Assembly: GCA_017442535.1 (NCBI GenBank)
Contig: JAFRZL010000044.1
Location: forward strand, 2,205-66,204
Source of the DNA: Bacillota bacterium
GTDB lineage: Bacteria > Bacillota > Clostridia > Lachnospirales > Bianqueaceae
DNA length: 64,000 nucleotides
Reading direction: 5' to 3'
In this document: one piece after another, positions 62,580 to 64,000 of the stretch
How positions within the stretch are numbered: the first letter of the stretch is position 1
How the letters are laid out: each line of letters begins with the position of its first letter
Made by a program: the position numbers and the translations under genes
Notes under the pieces: generated by a model
Database searches by the model: none
Told to the model about the DNA's origin: nothing
The model's input: the letters and a program-made list of their open reading frames with translations, nothing else

Positions 62580-64000
62580 TTATATCGAGAACTTGCCCCT
62601 GGATATCTTGTTCAGGGCGAAATTGACAACGACGACCAGGATCAGGATCCCGCCTGCCAGGGCCGCGGCGGTCTGCTGGCTGTGGTATGTCTGGTACAGG
62701 AAGAGCTCCACGCCGAGTGTCTTGGTATTGTCGGAATACAGCAGGTTCGACATGGTCAGTTCGTAGAAGCATGGCATGAAGATCAAAAACCACCCGGCCA
62801 CAATGGACGGTATGATCAGCGGGAAGAGGACGTCCCGCAGGCGTCTCAGCCACCCGGCTCCTGACACCTGGGCCGCTTCCTCCAGGGATGGGCTGACATT
62901 GGACAGGGCGGAAACGACCGTCCGCATGCCCATCATCATATATTTGATCATATAGGCGACCACCATGATCATCATCGTGTTATAAATGTTAATACCGAAG
63001 CGTCCGGACATCGTCATGATCAGCGCCAGGGCGATAACGACGCTTGGCGTGCCGGACCCCACGGTGATCAGAAAGTCCGGGATCCGGCGGCCCTTCACCT
63101 GCGTGCGCTTCAGCAGATAGGCCATAATCAGGCAGACGATCATGCCGAGCGACGCGGCCCAGATCGAGGAAAGGACACTGTTACCGGTGGATTTGAGGAT
63201 CGAATCGCGGGATATGATCGTATTCCAGTATTTCAGCGTGAAATTGCCGGGCTCGAAGATGGATTTGCCCATGTTGACGGTAAAGGATGTGGCAAAGACC
63301 GTCATAAACGGCACGACCACCACTACCAGTGCGAAGAGGCTCACCATGATGGTAAGGGGGATCCTCCACTTGCCCAGATCCACGACGGACGGGCTCACCG
63401 ACTTGCCGGAAATCGTGATATAATCGCGTTTTCCCACCACAAAGGTGGAAATATAGAGCAGGAGCAGCGCCAGCACCATCAGGAAAATCGCGAGCGCCGT
63501 CGCGTCCGACAGTCCGTCCGCGGTCCCCACATACACATAATCCACGATCCTCGTGGTGATCGTAAAGATCTTGGCCGGGGCGCCGATGATTGAGGGAATC
63601 CCGTAGCAGGAGGCCGCCGCCACAAAGACGAGCAGCGCCGCCGCCACGATCGAGGGCATCATCAGCGGCAGGGTCACCGTGAAAAGCGTCCGCAGCGGCG
63701 AAGCGCCCGAGATCCGGGAAGCTTCCTCCAGTGTCGGGTCCATATTCTCCATCGCGCGTGATATCGTGATGAACGCGTAGGGATAGTAAAAAGTCGTCAG
63801 TACCCAGACCAGCCCACCGACGGAATAGATGTCAAAGGGCATGCCTGAGAGGCCCAGGATCTTCTGCAGGAACATATTCAGCGTCCCGACCTTCGGATTC
63901 AGCAGCCTAAGCCATGCCATCGCCCCGACATACGGCGGCACCATATAGGTCATCAGGAAGAGCGCCCGGAAAAACTTCCGCCCGTACAGATTGCTGCGGC
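62580..64000 (-). CDS. Two-domain ABC transporter permease (FbpB/iron(III)-type); 5' end lies beyond the window edge
   Basis: Two BPD_transp_1-like EAA loops: ...LEEASRISGASPLRTLFTVTLPLM... and ...LEEAAQVSGAGWLRRLRDVLFPLI.... The frame stays open from 63953 to nt 64000. Confidence 0.85.
   Translation of the reverse strand, partial: RSNLYGRKFFRALFLMTYMVPPYVGAMAWLRLLNPKVGTLNMFLQKILGLSGMPFDIYSVGGLVWVLTTFYYPYAFITISRAMENMDPTLEEASRISGASPLRTLFTVTLPLMMPSIVAAALLVFVAAASCYGIPSIIGAPAKIFTITTRIVDYVYVGTADGLSDATALAIFLMVLALLLLYISTFVVGKRDYITISGKSVSPSVVDLGKWRIPLTIMVSLFALVVVVVPFMTVFATSFTVNMGKSIFEPGNFTLKYWNTIISRDSILKSTGNSVLSSIWAASLGMIVCLIMAYLLKRTQVKGRRIPDFLITVGSGTPSVVIALALIMTMSGRFGINIYNTMMIMVVAYMIKYMMMGMRTVVSALSNVSPSLEEAAQVSGAGWLRRLRDVLFPLIIPSIVAGWFLIFMPCFYELTMSNLLYSDNTKTLGVELFLYQTYHSQQTAAALAGGILILVVVVNFALNKISRGKFSI

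Noticed and set aside
1-64000. A search by eye for CRISPR arrays, tRNA/rRNA genes, IS elements, integrases, recombinases, reverse transcriptases and toxin-antitoxin pairs
   Set aside because: I found no regularly spaced direct repeats, no cloverleaf-compatible intergenic segments, and no ORF with transposase, integrase, reverse-transcriptase or classic TA motifs. A proper tRNAscan, Infernal or ISfinder run could still reveal small elements I missed.

Overview
This is a 64-kb chromosomal segment that looks like a moderately GC-rich Gram-positive anaerobe of the Clostridia type. Supporting signs are AGGAGG-type ribosome-binding sites, many ATGA stop/start overlaps, a YesM/YesN-type two-component system with a sugar ABC locus, a SpoIIE/PP2C phosphatase, BlaI/BlaR1, rubredoxin and a GlpA-like/DUF1667 cassette. 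I call about 57 densely packed protein-coding genes. By eye I found no rRNA, tRNA, CRISPR array, transposase, integrase or phage structural gene. All family assignments come from motif recognition in the supplied translations. No database search was possible.

Gene content is mostly carbohydrate and transport metabolism:
- Glycoside hydrolases GH3 and GH28, GlgB and a sulfatase.
- Two MATE pumps and three ABC systems.
- A PTS EIIC-like permease and a Na/Pi cotransporter.
- Regulators: TetR, an AraC-type response regulator with its histidine kinase, BlaI/BlaR1, a LytTR response regulator with an AgrC-like kinase, and a Cache-HAMP-PP2C protein.

Base composition is mosaic. Hand counts on sample 60-nt lines give a core of about 55-60% GC. 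Several AT-rich islets (about 12.85-14.7 kb, 41.75-43.6 kb, 57.3-59.1 kb, and the TetR gene) fall roughly between the low 20s and about 40% GC, and they encode lipoproteins or secreted hypothetical proteins. One very GC-rich giant gene gave sampled lines of about 70-77% GC.

The best candidate for an undescribed system is the 1,442-aa orphan NACHT/STAND-like P-loop NTPase at 34271-38599. It has a GMGKS Walker A, an LLIILDG Walker B and an ILLTDRP motif. Its roughly 300-aa N-terminal region and roughly 1,000-aa helical C-terminal region cannot be assigned. It lies 32 nt downstream of an uncharacterised two-membrane-protein plus M20 peptidase operon and converges stop-to-stop with an ABC ATPase.

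Secondary leads:
- A tandem pair of divergent creatininase-family genes inserted between the kinase and the regulator of a sugar-uptake locus.
- A Macro-domain/HTH fusion.
- An orphan LytTR/AgrC-like pair facing an AT-rich islet of paralogous lipoproteins.
- A compositionally chimeric ABC-2 exporter operon with three small secreted proteins.
- A roughly 190-nt structured leader.

The many long antisense ORFs in the track are shadow ORFs and were rejected.
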